From contig NW_021826024.1 of the NCBI RefSeq assembly GCF_006345805.1, positions 1-13,862 on the forward strand: a stretch of DNA of 13,862 nucleotides. Reading direction: 5' to 3'. A model generated the notes under the pieces. That model did not search any database, was not told the origin of the DNA, and worked only from the letters and a program-made list of their open reading frames with translations. The position numbers were made by a program, and so were the translations under genes. Within the stretch, counting starts at the first letter, position 1. Every line of letters begins with the position of its first letter. This document shows positions 1 to 10,354 of this stretch, piece after piece. Source of the stretch: Octopus sinensis. Its lineage: Eukaryota.

Positions 1-270
1 TACACACACAACAACCACACACGCACGCACGCACACCACACACACATACACACACACACACGCACGCACACACACACACACACATACACACACATACACA
101 CACATACACACACATACACACACATACACGCACGCACACACACACAATCACATACATACACACACGCACGCTCACACACACACACACAATCATATACCTT
201 CACACACGCACGCACACACACACATACAGACACACATACACACACACACACACATACATACGCTCACACG
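1..270. repeat. Compound (CA)n/(CACATA)n microsatellite
   Basis: Directly visible CA, CACG and CATA runs. Confidence 0.97.
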
Positions 271-400
271 TATGCAAGTCATTCATAAACCTATACATCC
301 ACACATTTAAGAAACGGCGAAATGAACCCACAAAGCAGCTACGAAATATAAAATTAATTTAGAAAAAAAACCCAAACATTATTAATTAATCAAAAGCAAA

Positions 401-477
401 AAAAACAACAACAACAACAACAGTAATATCAACAATAACGATTGATCAAACTTGTTGTTGTTGTTGTTGTTGTTTTT
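401..477. repeat. Inverted AAAAA(CAA)n ... (TTG)nTTTTT microsatellite pair
   Basis: 401-421 aaaaacaacaacaacaacaac is the reverse complement of 457-477, with a ~35-nt spacer. Confidence 0.85.
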
Positions 478-584
478 CATGTCAGACGTGTTTCAGGTGT
501 CAGTGGAAGTCGGTGAAATTTGTGTATCGAGAGAATCTGTTGGTATGAAAAAACAAAAGAAGTAGAGGCAAGGGAAAGGGCAGC

Positions 585-595
585 AGCGGTAGGCG

Positions 596-640
<45 letters not shown>

Positions 641-930
641 AGGTGACGACAACACAATGTCAAAAAAAAAAAAAAATAGCAACCACAACATCAAGAAGAA
701 CATCATAAGCAACGGTAACAGCAACAACACTACCGCCACCATCTCCACCATTAACAAGAAGAAGAACAGCAACAAATAAACCATTAACAAGAGAAACATT
801 AACGATAACAGCACAGCACAGCACAGTGCCGCCGCCACCGCCTCCACCTACACCAACAACAACAACAACATCAACAACTGTAGCAGCAATATCGGCAATA
901 GTTCCAACGACAACAACAACAACAATTGTG
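585..930. repeat. Low-complexity trinucleotide region: (CAG)n, (CAA)n, (CCR)n
   Basis: (GCA)n at ~599-638 followed by degenerate CAA/CCA runs. These explain ORFs 500..847, 520..708 and 660..935. Confidence 0.85.
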
Positions 931-1199
931 ACCATTTCCTAAATTCAATTGTTCTAAGTTGATTTCCTCGCATCCCACGAAATTTAATTTCCGTTCATGT
1001 TGGATTAATTATTTTTTTCGTTAATTAATTATATTTTCATCGTCAATTAACTAATGAAGTAATTAGTTCAATCATTGTTTTAGCATTTATTATTTTTATC
1101 GGCTTTTTTCGTTGAACTACGACCATACTGGAGCACCACTCAAATGGATTCTTTCGCATTTGTTTTTCCCATGCCGGGAGGGGCTGAGGGGACAATGCC

Positions 1200-1790
1200 C
1201 ATAATCTTTGCAGATTCCGCTGTGAGCGGCGAGGTCGATGTCGCTAATGTTTCAGGTCAAGAGCAATCAGGAGATTCCAAAGGGACGAAGTTCTGAGGGA
1301 AAAGGATCCGAAAAGATGGTTAGTGGGTCTAGAAACAGCAAGGATGCGTCGGGGGCTACCTGTGTGGGAGTGTTACGAAATGCTCTCAGGTACAAAGGTC
1401 ACATAAGCAGCAATAGAAAAGACAGTAGCCTTGTGGGTCAGAGGCTGGAGTTTGTCCGTTTGAGACATTGCGCCAATTGACCAAGCGATCAAGTGACCAA
1501 GTGACTCGTCTCTGGATGGGGTTCAAAATGTCTAATATGTGTAGGGAGTCTAGATGACCTTCTGATGCTGAAGAGAAGAGACTGTCTTTAGGATGAAGTC
1601 CTACCTATGTTAAAGACGTACATTCACCAGGAGAGGGAGTCACTGGTAGTGAAGGCCAATATTAGGAGCGACTGCAAAAGCTCTAGCTGAACGTGGCTCA
1701 TGCTTAGAGATGTGGTGACCTTAATACCTGAAGTCCTTGAGATTTTTGTAACTATGAAAGGGACTGGAGAATGCTCTGAGGGGGTCAGTT
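1200..1790 (-). mobile_element. Decayed LINE (CR1/L2/Jockey-type) ORF2 C-terminal region
   Basis: Manual minus-strand translation gives, in order and with stops/frameshifts: ILAFTTSDSLSW*MYV (~1616-1662), HILDILNPIQRRV (~1505-1543), LQPLTHKATV (1421-1450) and SFSLRTSSLWNLL (1268-1306). These match the family pattern ILG..LSW / L.L.D.IQRRA / LQPLSHRR / SFFPRT..LWN.L. Confidence 0.75.
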
Positions 1791-1926
1791 TATAGAGTCA
1801 ATTCATGTTTGGTCTGTAGCATCTACGTCACGTGAGGATTTTGTATGGTATTATTCTGTGGTCGTTGATGAAATAAAATATCCTTTTCTTCTCTAGGCAC
1901 AAGGCCCGAAAATTAGGGGGAGGGGC

Positions 1927-2346
1927 TACTTAATTTATCGACCCCGAAAGGATGAAAGGCAAAGTCGATCTCGGTGGAATTTGAACTCAGAACGTAACGG
2001 CAGACGAAATACCTATTTCTTTACTACCCACAAGGGGCTAAACACAGAGAGGACAAACAAGGACAGACAAACGGATTAAGTCGATTATATCGACCCCAGT
2101 GCGTAACTGGTACTTAATTTATCGACCCCGAAAGGATGAAAGGCAAAGTTGACCTCGGCGAAATTTGAACTCAGATCGTAGCGGCAGACGAAATACCGGT
2201 AAGCATTTTGCCCGGCGTGCTAACGGTTCTGCCAGCTCGCCGCCTTTAAATATTCTTTATTACCCACAAGGGGCTAAACACAGAGGGGACAAACAAGGAC
2301 AGACAAACGGATTAAGTCGATTACGTTTCTGCCAGCTCGCCGCCTT
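1927..2346 (-). mobile_element. Tandem cluster of tRNA-derived SINE copies (one near-complete, one partial, one internally deleted)
   Basis: The minus-strand head AAGGCGGCGAGCTGGCAGAA occurs twice (ending at 2246 and 2346), with B-box-like GAGTTCAAAT. The conserved core GTCRACTTTGCCTTTCATCCTTTCGGGGTCGATAAA repeats at ~184-bp spacing. It resembles an abundant octopus SINE (from recall). Confidence 0.85.
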
Positions 2347-2522
2347 GTTGATAGGACATAATAACGAAATAAACTATCAATGAAGTAATGAGATCTAATC
2401 CAATAATCAGATCCTGGAGGTGATCGGAATAATGATAGTCAACTCAGCAGAATTGCAAATGAAAAATATGCTTTTTAAACATTTTTTGTTATATTGTAAA
2501 AATTCTATTTATTTCCCTAAGG

Positions 2523-2865
2523 GAACTGACACTATCGTTAGCATGTCAGTCAAATAGTTTAGCGACATTTAGTCCGTCCTTATGCTTTCAAAAGCCGCCG
2601 AGGTCAACGTTGGCTTTCGGGATCAATAAAATAAATACAAGTTGACCCCTGAAATTGACGTAATCGACTTGATCTTTCACCTGTACAAAATTTTAAACCA
2701 ATCGAAAAGTTAAATTTAGGCAGCAAATTGTCAGAATTGTTAGCACACCGGACAAAATGCTTCGCGGCATTTTGCTCGTCTTTATGCTCTGGACTTTGCT
2801 TTTCATCCTTTGGGATTCAATAAAATATGTACAAATTGAATACTGGGGTCGATTTTATCGATCCT
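2523..2865 (+). mobile_element. Two old, diverged copies of the same SINE family
   Basis: Degenerate heads at ~2523 and ~2718. Core remnants are gccgccgaggtcaacgtt, tttcatcctttgggattcaataaaat and ctggggtcgatt. Confidence 0.65.
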
Positions 2866-3109
2866 ACCCGTTCTACCAAATACCAGGCCGCGTGCCTCAT
2901 TTAGAAAAGAATATTTGAGCTAAGTTGTCTCCCATGAGCGAAAGCTTTCAATATATATGTTATAGAAACATTTTCTTATTTATTACGTTGTCAGTTCAAA
3001 TCCTCCCTGGCTCAGTTTGGCCTTTTATAGATCTGCGCTCGATAATATGAAGTACCAGTCATGTTCTGGGTCGATACTACCAACGAACCCTTTCTCCACA
3101 AAACTAGGC

Positions 3110-3345
3110 TTGGATGAATTTTGAAGCTAATATTGAGGTCGTTTGGACAATGCTTGTGGTATATTCTAGACATAGAAACAACTGCGCTGGAGAGAATAGA
3201 ATTTCAACGCTTTAAGACGGTCCCAGCAATCGAGATCAGTGATGCCCTAAATTCTTTTAGTGAATGCCCTTTGGGGTGATTGAATTTTCGAGAGGCTTTG
3301 TCTTGTATGAGGAGTATTCGAGGTAGGGCCGTACAAAGGAGAAAA
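3110..3345 (-). mobile_element. Second decayed CR1/L2-type LINE ORF2 C-terminal fragment
   Basis: The minus strand encodes FVRPYLEYSS (3308-3337), QRAFTKRI (3250-3273) and WDRLKALKFYSLQR (3184-3225), the classic VRP.LEY / Q..FTK.I / Y..RL..L.L.SL.RR motifs. Confidence 0.85.
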
Positions 3346-3347
3346 GA

Positions 3348-3415
3348 TACATATATACATACATATGTAAAGATACACACACACACATATATATACGTAT
3401 ATATATATATATACG

Positions 3416-3449
<34 letters not shown>

Positions 3450-3543
3450 AATGAGGGTGAAAAATTGATATTAATTTAATAATACCATTAATTTAACACC
3501 AAGTGTATTTTCTCCCTTGAATTTAAATTTGTATAAATTTATA

Positions 3544-3602
<59 letters not shown>

Positions 3603-3715
3603 CATACATACATACATACATACATACATACATACATAATACATACATACATCAGTATACACATACACACACGCTCACATACGTACTATTGTATGCATGT
3701 ATGTATGTATATATA

Positions 3716-3762
<47 letters not shown>

Positions 3763-3785
3763 TAGGTAGGTAAGTAGGTAGGGAG
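3348..3785. repeat. (TA)n, (TACA)n and (AGGT)n microsatellites
   Basis: Directly visible. They explain the YI/YV-repeat ORFs. Confidence 0.95.
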
Positions 3786-4042
3786 ATATTAGGAGAACGT
3801 TACGGTAATCTATGAGTGTAATGATACTTATACACATAAGAAGGGATACAATATTGACTTAACAAAGCAAGAGGAGTGAGTTTCAGTGGCGTTATGCATT
3901 TGTATACGGACAGTAATGGATAATATGGAGTTCACAACATCTAGATTCAAGAGAATGACAGAGAGCGTCGCTAAATCTGTAAGCACACACCTAGGCGTGA
4001 GTATATATAGCGATACAAACAGTGTATGAATTCAATATTTAC

Positions 4043-4155
4043 GTGTGTGTGTGTGTGTGTGTGTGTGTACGTGCGTGAGAAAGAGAGGAAAGTGAGAGAA
4101 AGAATGAGAGAGAGAAATGTAGAAAGACAGGGTCGGACAGACAGATAGACAGACA
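4043..4155. repeat. (GT)n followed by GA-rich/(AGAC)n simple repeats
   Basis: Directly visible. Confidence 0.9.
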
Positions 4156-4406
4156 GGCGAAGCAAGTGGTATTCATTTTACGCTGGAAATCAAAAAGAGA
4201 AGTACAAACCATGGGAGGTAACTTTGTAAGGGAAATAACTCCTATTCAGTGATTCTACATAGTGGAGGTTCAGAGAAAGACACGTTTATATCAGTACATA
4301 TACAGTCATTGCGTCATCCGCCCATTCACCCATCCATCCACCCATCCATATATTCATACTTATACACAAACACATACACACATATCCAGATGAATATATA
4401 TAATAT

Positions 4407-4640
4407 TCTTTTATTCTTTTACTTGTTTCAGACATTTGACGGCGGCGACGCTGGAGCACCGCATTTAGTCGAACAAATCCACTTCAGGACTTTCTAAGCC
4501 TAGTACTTACTTTATCGGTCTCTTTGGCTGAACCGCTAAATTATGGGGACGTAAGCACACCAACATCGGTGTCAAATGATGGTGAGGGGACAAACACAGA
4601 CAAACAAAAACTACCATGTTTATATATATATATATATATA
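4407..4640 (-). mobile_element. 3' half of the CORE-like octopus SINE, truncated at its internal (TA)n
   Basis: Alignable by eye to 10355-10600 (ttttacttgtttcag...ctggagcaccgc...ggggacgtaa...acaaacacagaca). Confidence 0.85.
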
Positions 4641-7452
4641 TCATTCACAAATTTGAATTCGGTGATACTAGTTGAGGATTCTAGCTCGCTCTGATACTGA
4701 GTTGAGTTGGTACCTCCTAGTATCTCAAAATTCAATATATAATCATTTATGATATAGTATTCCACGCTGAAGAGAAAAGAAGTTTCGGTAAGATAGAATT
4801 ATTTAATATTTAATATTTTAATTCTTATGCTTTCCTAAAACTTGATTTCGAAACGTACGTCCGTGGATAACTTTTAAAAATGTTTGATAGATTGCGGTTA
4901 ATTCATTCTCTCTTACCTGTTTGTGTCAGCCTTCCAATTGCTGTTTTTACTGAGATCTCCTTTTTAGTAGAAGAAATAGCTATAACCCTTTGACTGCTAT
5001 TTCTAAATTCGGTATGTGGTAAGGCAATTCGTTGCTGAACCCTTATTGCTTAGTATTACTTAAATTTTCCTCAAATGAGGCTTTTACATGCCGAAGACTA
5101 CTTGGTGTAATTGATAATTATTCCAAATTAATTAATTTCACCCTTCATTATTACGGATAACCATATTTTATCTCAGTAGATGACTACAGCATCTTGTTTT
5201 GGCTACACGCGGGTGGAAGGGGCTGTTGACACAATCGTTTCATTCACAAATTTGAATTCGGTGATACTAGTTGAGGATTCTAGCTCGCTCTGATACTGAG
5301 TTGAGTTGGTACCTCCTAGTATCTCAAAATTCATATATAATCATTTATGATTATAGTATTCCACGCTGAAGAGAAAAGAAGTTTCGGTAAGATAGAATTT
5401 TTAATATTTAATATTTTAATTCTTATGCTTTCCTAAAACTTGATTTCGAAACGTACGTCCGTGGATAACTTTTAAAAATGTTTGATAGATTGCGGTTAAT
5501 TCATTCTCTCTTACCTGTTTGTGTCAGCCTTCCAATTGCTGTTTTTACTGAGATCTCCCTTTTTAGTAGAAGAAATAGCTATAACCCTTTGACTGCTATT
5601 TCTAAATTCGGTATGTGGTAAGGCAATTCGTTGCTGAACCTTATTGCTTAGTATTACTTAAATTTTCCTCAAATGAGGCTTTTACATGCCGAAGACTACT
5701 TGGTGTAATTGATAATTATTCCAAATTAATTAATTTCACCCTTCATTATTACGGATAACCATATTTTATCTCAGTAGATGACTACAGCATCTTGTTTTGG
5801 CTACACGCGGGTGGGAAGGGGCTGTTGACACAATCGTTTCATTCACAAATTTGAATTCGGTGATACTAGTTGAGGATTCTAGCTCGCTCTGATACTGAGT
5901 TGAGTTGGTACCTCCTAGTATCTCAAAATTCAATATATAATCATTTATGATTATAGTATTCCACGCTGAAGAGAAAAGAAGTTTCGGTAAGATAGAATTA
6001 TTTAATATTTAATATTTTAATTCTTATGCTTTCCTAAAACTTGATTTCGAAACGTACGTCCGTGGATAACTTTTAAAAATGTTTGATAGATTGCGGTTAA
6101 TTCATTCTCTCTTACCTGTTTGTGTCAGCCTTCCAATTGCTGTTTTTACTGAGATCTCCCTTTTTAGTAGAAGAAATAGCTATAACCCTTTGACTGCTAT
6201 TTCTAAATTCGGTATGTGGTAAGGCAATTCGTTGCTGAACCCTTATTGCTTAGTATTACTTAAATTTTCCTCAAATGAGGCTTTTACATGCCGAAGACTA
6301 CTTGGTGTAATGATAATTATTCCAAATTAATTAATTTCACCCTTCATTATTACGGATAACCATATTTTATCTCAGTAGATGACTACAGCATCTTGTTTTG
6401 GCTACACGCGGGTGGGAAGGGGCTGTTGACACAATCGTTTCATTCACAAATTTGAATTCGGTGATACTAGTTGAGGATTCTAGCTCGCTCTGATACTGAG
6501 TTGAGTTGGTACCTCCTAGTATCTCAAAATTCAATATATAATCATTTATGATTATAGTATTCCACGCTGAAGAGAAAAGAAGTTTCGGTAAGATAGAATT
6601 ATTTAATATTCTTATGCTTTCCTAAAACTTGATTTCGAAACGTACGTCCGTGGATAACTTTTAAAAATGTTTGATAGATTGCGGTTAATTCATTCTCTCT
6701 TACCTGTTTGTGTCAGCCTTCCAATTGCTGTTTTTACTGAGATCTCCCTTTTTAGTAGAAGAAATAGCTATAACCCTTTGACTGCTATTTCTAAATTCGG
6801 TATGTGGTAAGGCAATTCGTTGCTGAACCCTTATTGCTTAGTATTACTTAAATTTTCCTCAAATGAGGCTTTTACATGCCGAAGACTACTTGGTGTAATT
6901 GATAATTATTCCAAATTAATTAATTTCACCCTTCATTATTACGGATAACCATATTTTATCTCAGTAGATGACTACAGCATCTTGTTTTGGCTACACGCGG
7001 GTGGGAAGGGGCTGTTGACACAATCGTTTCATTCACAATTTGAATCGGTGATACTAGTTGAGGATTCTAGCTCGCTCTGATACTGAGTTGAGTTGGTACC
7101 TCCTAGTATCTCAAAATTCAATATATAATCATTTATGATTATAGTATTCCACGCTGAAGAGAAAAGAAGTTTCGGTAAGATAGAATTATTTAATATTTAA
7201 TATTTTAATTCTTATGCTTTGCTTTCCTAAAACTTGATTTCGAAACGTACGTCCGTGGATAACTTTTAAAAATGTTTGATAGATTGCGGTTAATTCATTC
7301 TCTCTTACCTGTTTGTGTCAGCCTTCCATTGCTGTTTTTACTGAGATCTCCCTTTTTAGTAGAAGAAATAGCTATAACCCTTTGACTGCTATTTCTAAAT
7401 TCGGTATGTGGTAAGGCAATTCGTTGCTGAACCCTTATTGCTTAGTATTACT
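4641..7452. repeat. Head-to-tail tandem array of a ~600-bp unit, 4.7 copies
   Basis: Units start TCATTCACAA at 4641, 5240, 5839, 6440 and 7029 (periods 599, 599, 601, 589). The last copy is ~424 bp. Copies differ only by a few small indels, and both ends abut (TA)n. Confidence 0.98.
4767..4916 (-). other. Canonical GT-AG intron-like segment (150 nt), present in every array unit
   Basis: Minus-strand donor CAG|GTAAGA (GT = 4916-4915), branch-like CTTAC, and acceptor TTCTTTTCTCTTCAG|C (AG = 4768-4767). Confidence 0.55.
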
Positions 7453-7552
7453 TATATATATATATATAATATATATATATTATATATGTGTGTGTGTGTG
7501 TGTGTGTTGTGTATATATATATGTGTGTGTATATATATATATATATATATAA
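7453..7552. repeat. (TA)n/(TG)n microsatellite
   Basis: Directly visible. Confidence 0.95.
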
Positions 7553-7579
7553 TAAGATTAGCTCGTATACGAGTGGGTA

Positions 7580-8890
7580 TATATTTGTAAAAAATGAAGT
7601 TTGAAAATGCTGCTATATTAGACAAATTTTAATTTTTAACATGTTTCGGTTCTTGAAATGACGAACCTTATCAAAAAAAATTATATATAATAAAGGGAGT
7701 TCATGCTATATGTTTAAAGAGTATGATGTAATAGTTCATAATTGTGACATATATTCAATAGAGTCAAATATAAAAAATTCATATATAATATTCAATAGAG
7801 TCAAAATATAAAAAATTCATAGATAATAAAGGGAGTCCATGCTATATGTTTAAAGAGTATGATGTAGTAGTTAATAATTGTGACATATATTCAATAGAGT
7901 CAAATATAAAAAATTCATGTTCTTGAAAAGGCAAGGAATTCATTTTAGATTTTACCTTGTGTTCCAATGGGAGCAACAGTAATGATTTTTGGTTAGTTTA
8001 ACAGAACGAGACGTCATCAATGTTTTGACCAATCATCCTCGGTTTCTCCACACGATACAGCTATGGGTCAGACCCGATTCTGATTGGTCAAAACAATGAT
8101 GACGTCTCGTTCTGCTTGACTAGCCACCTAACAGGATGATTGGTCAAAACATTGATGACGTCTCGTTCTGCTGGACTAGTCACCTAACAGACCCGATTCT
8201 GATTGGTCAAAACATTGATGACGTCTCGTTCTGCTGGACTAGTCACCTAACAGGATACAGTCATGGGTCAGATCTAATCTCGATTCGTCAAAAAAATGAT
8301 GACGTATTTCTTCCGTGGCCAAACTGTCGCTCCGCTTGTTTGGTTTCCTAACAGGATACAGTTAGGAGTATTTTCACTATATTCGTTGAGACTGGGTTTT
8401 GATTGGTTTGGAACTATATGACGTCAGTGAAAAGTGCAAGTGACCACAGCTTAGCTGAGCTGATATAAACCCAACAATCACAAAATTCACCAAAATATTG
8501 CGAACAGACACCGACCCAAAATCATTACTGTTGCTCCCATTGGAACACAAGGTAAAATCTAAAATGAACTCCTTGCCTTTTCAAGAACATGAATTTTTTA
8601 TATTTGACTCTATTGAATGTATGTCACAATTATGAACTACTACATCATACTCTTTAAACATATAGCATGGACTCCCTTTATTATATATGAATTTTTTTAT
8701 ATTTGACTCTATTGAATATATGTCACAATTATGAACTATTACATCATACTCTTTAAACATATAGCATGAACTCCCTTTATTATATATAATTTTTTTTGAT
8801 AAGGTTCGTCATTTCAAGAACCGAAACATGTTAAAAATTAAAATTTGTCTAATATAGCAGCATTTTCAAACTTCATTTTTTACAATATAT
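7580..8890. mobile_element. Non-autonomous foldback-type DNA element with long TIRs
   Basis: The left arm 7580-7992 is the reverse complement of the right arm 8516-8890, apart from a ~37-bp extra duplication in the left arm and a few substitutions. Each arm holds two ~98-bp subrepeats. The ~520-bp interior is non-coding, and the element is flanked by TA-rich microsatellites. Confidence 0.88.
8011..8500 (+). promoter_or_regulatory. Array of CCAAT-box/CRE composite sites followed by a TATA box
   Basis: ATTGG-N12-TGACGT at 8083, 8139, 8202 and 8402 (the last with full TGACGTCA at 8419-8426), a variant ATTCG-N12-TGACGT at 8283, and an inverted copy at 8011-8033. TATAAA is at 8464-8469. Confidence 0.65.
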
Positions 8891-8892
8891 AT

Positions 8893-8940
<48 letters not shown>

Positions 8941-9024
8941 CACACCATATATATACATATATATGAGTGTGTCTGTGTATTTACATATATTTTATATATA
9001 TATATATATAATATTATATATATA

Positions 9025-9078
<54 letters not shown>

Positions 9079-9100
9079 TTATATATATATATATATATAA

Positions 9101-9140
<40 letters not shown>

Positions 9141-9145
9141 TATAA
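8886..9145. repeat. Long (TA)n microsatellite
   Basis: Directly visible. Confidence 0.96.
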
Positions 9146-9149
9146 ACAT

Positions 9150-9352
9150 CTTTCATCTTTCTCTTGTTTCAGATAATTTCTACTAAGGCCTTGCCTTGGA
9201 AGGATCTTGTTGAATAAATCAATCCTCGGTTTTGTTTATTAAAGCGCCGTACATATTCTATTGGGCTCTTTTACCGAAAGCGCTGAGTTACGTAGACGTA
9301 AACAAACCAACCCCGGCTGTCTAGCTGTGCTGGGGAACAAATATAGACACAA
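9150..9352 (-). mobile_element. Strongly diverged 3' half of the CORE-like SINE
   Basis: Remnants cttgtttcag, tattctattgggctcttttaccgaa, gttacgtagacgtaaac and agacacaaag are collinear with 10355-10570. Confidence 0.65.
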
Positions 9353-9354
9353 AG

Positions 9355-9680
9355 GGCTAGAAGCATGGCTGCATCTCATGGAGCTTGAAGCAGGCTTAAG
9401 CAAGGCACACACAAACCGAAACCAGGAGCTGATTGACAAGGTTCGGCGAATTGTCATGTAACGAATCAAAAAATTGCGAATAAGCACAGAATCAGTGTAT
9501 ACCATTTTCACGAAGGATTGTGTCGGCGAAATTCTTCTGCATTATAATCGACTCCACGTGGAAAAAGCTCAGGGCCATGCTGGACTGTGAAAACCACGAC
9601 ATGAAGACCGGAATCTCTAGTGGTGAGACATGGGTTTATTGGTCCGTGCTCGATGCATTTAGTCATCTTGTGAAAAAAAG
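9355..9680 (+). mobile_element. Decayed mariner transposase fragment (HTH to first catalytic Asp region)
   Basis: NQELIDKVRRIVM (9420-9458), RISTESVYTIF, VSAKFF and ISSGETWVY (~9613-9639) are collinear with mariner ENIDKV..IV / IS..SV..IL / VSARWVP / IVTGDETWV. Stops, frameshifts and deletions are present, and there is no intact GDETW. Confidence 0.7.
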
Positions 9681-9689
9681 AGAATCTAA

Positions 9690-9985
9690 CGAGGTCGCAT
9701 TACACATGCGGATGCTAGGCTTATCAGCTGGGAACTGTTACGTGGCAGGTCGATCCTCCTTCGAAAGAAGGCAGGAAACCCGCATGACCTGTCCAACTGG
9801 CGGCCTCTCACGATCTGCTCCGCGGTGTACCGCTTATACACTAAGGTGCTTGCCGCCAGGATGCTCCACACCACGCCCCTCAACCCCGCCCAGCGCGGCT
9901 TCATTAAGGCTGACGGATGCGGCGAGAATAACTTTCTCCAGGATCGAACATTTTCATGCATGCGCAGAAGGTGTGGCATCGCCTC
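9690..9985 (+). mobile_element. Fragment of an early-branching (R2/NeSL/Utopia-like) non-LTR reverse transcriptase
   Basis: The frame open from 9690, which includes ORF 9825..10037, reads GRSILLRKKAGNPHDLSNWRPLTICSAVYRLYTKVLAARMLHTTPLNPAQRGFIKADGCGENNFL. This carries the NWRPI / YRLF.K.LA.RL / QRGF...DGC.EN motifs. The segment is visibly more GC-rich than its flanks. Confidence 0.9.
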
Positions 9986-10189
9986 CCAACTAAAGAATTT
10001 TGCCCATGTGACATTAGTTTTGGCGGATACATTTTGAACGCAACTCGTATTCATAGATTCTTGTATTCCTTTGTAATATTCTGCTCGGGGCTTTCCTGGA
10101 CGGATGTTCGGTGGATGGTTCTGGTTTACCAGGAAGCAACTGTCTTTCCAGTGATTACAATTTCCAACATCCTTTACCAAATGATAATT

Positions 10190-10275
10190 ATGATGACGAC
10201 GAAGACGAAGACGAAGATGACGACGACGACGACGACGATGATGATGATGATGACGGCCGGTGGAATGATGATGGT
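10190..10275. repeat. (GAC)/(GAT)n trinucleotide repeat
   Basis: Directly visible. It gives the poly-D, poly-T and poly-M ORFs. Confidence 0.92.
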
Positions 10276-10354
10276 AAGAATACCGATGAGGTTGATATGT
10301 TCCTAGCTTCTGAACATCAGTGATAAAATGAAGTGTTAACTTACAAGTAAACTG

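Noticed and set aside
500-935. Poly-A/L/V ORFs as a low-complexity transcription-factor exon
   Set aside because: These are translations of CAG/CAA repeats, with no domain and no frame preference.
4641-7452. Array as a nuclear mitochondrial insertion, rDNA/5S or histone repeat, or CRISPR
   Set aside because: No recognisable rRNA, tRNA, histone or mitochondrial motifs are present, and the units are identical with no variable spacers.
9520-9993. 157-aa ORF as a transposase-RT fusion protein
   Set aside because: The RT motifs are in a different frame from this ORF, and the mariner part lacks an intact GDETW motif.
10111-10323. Acidic poly-Asp ORF
   Set aside because: It is a GAC/GAT microsatellite, open in several frames.
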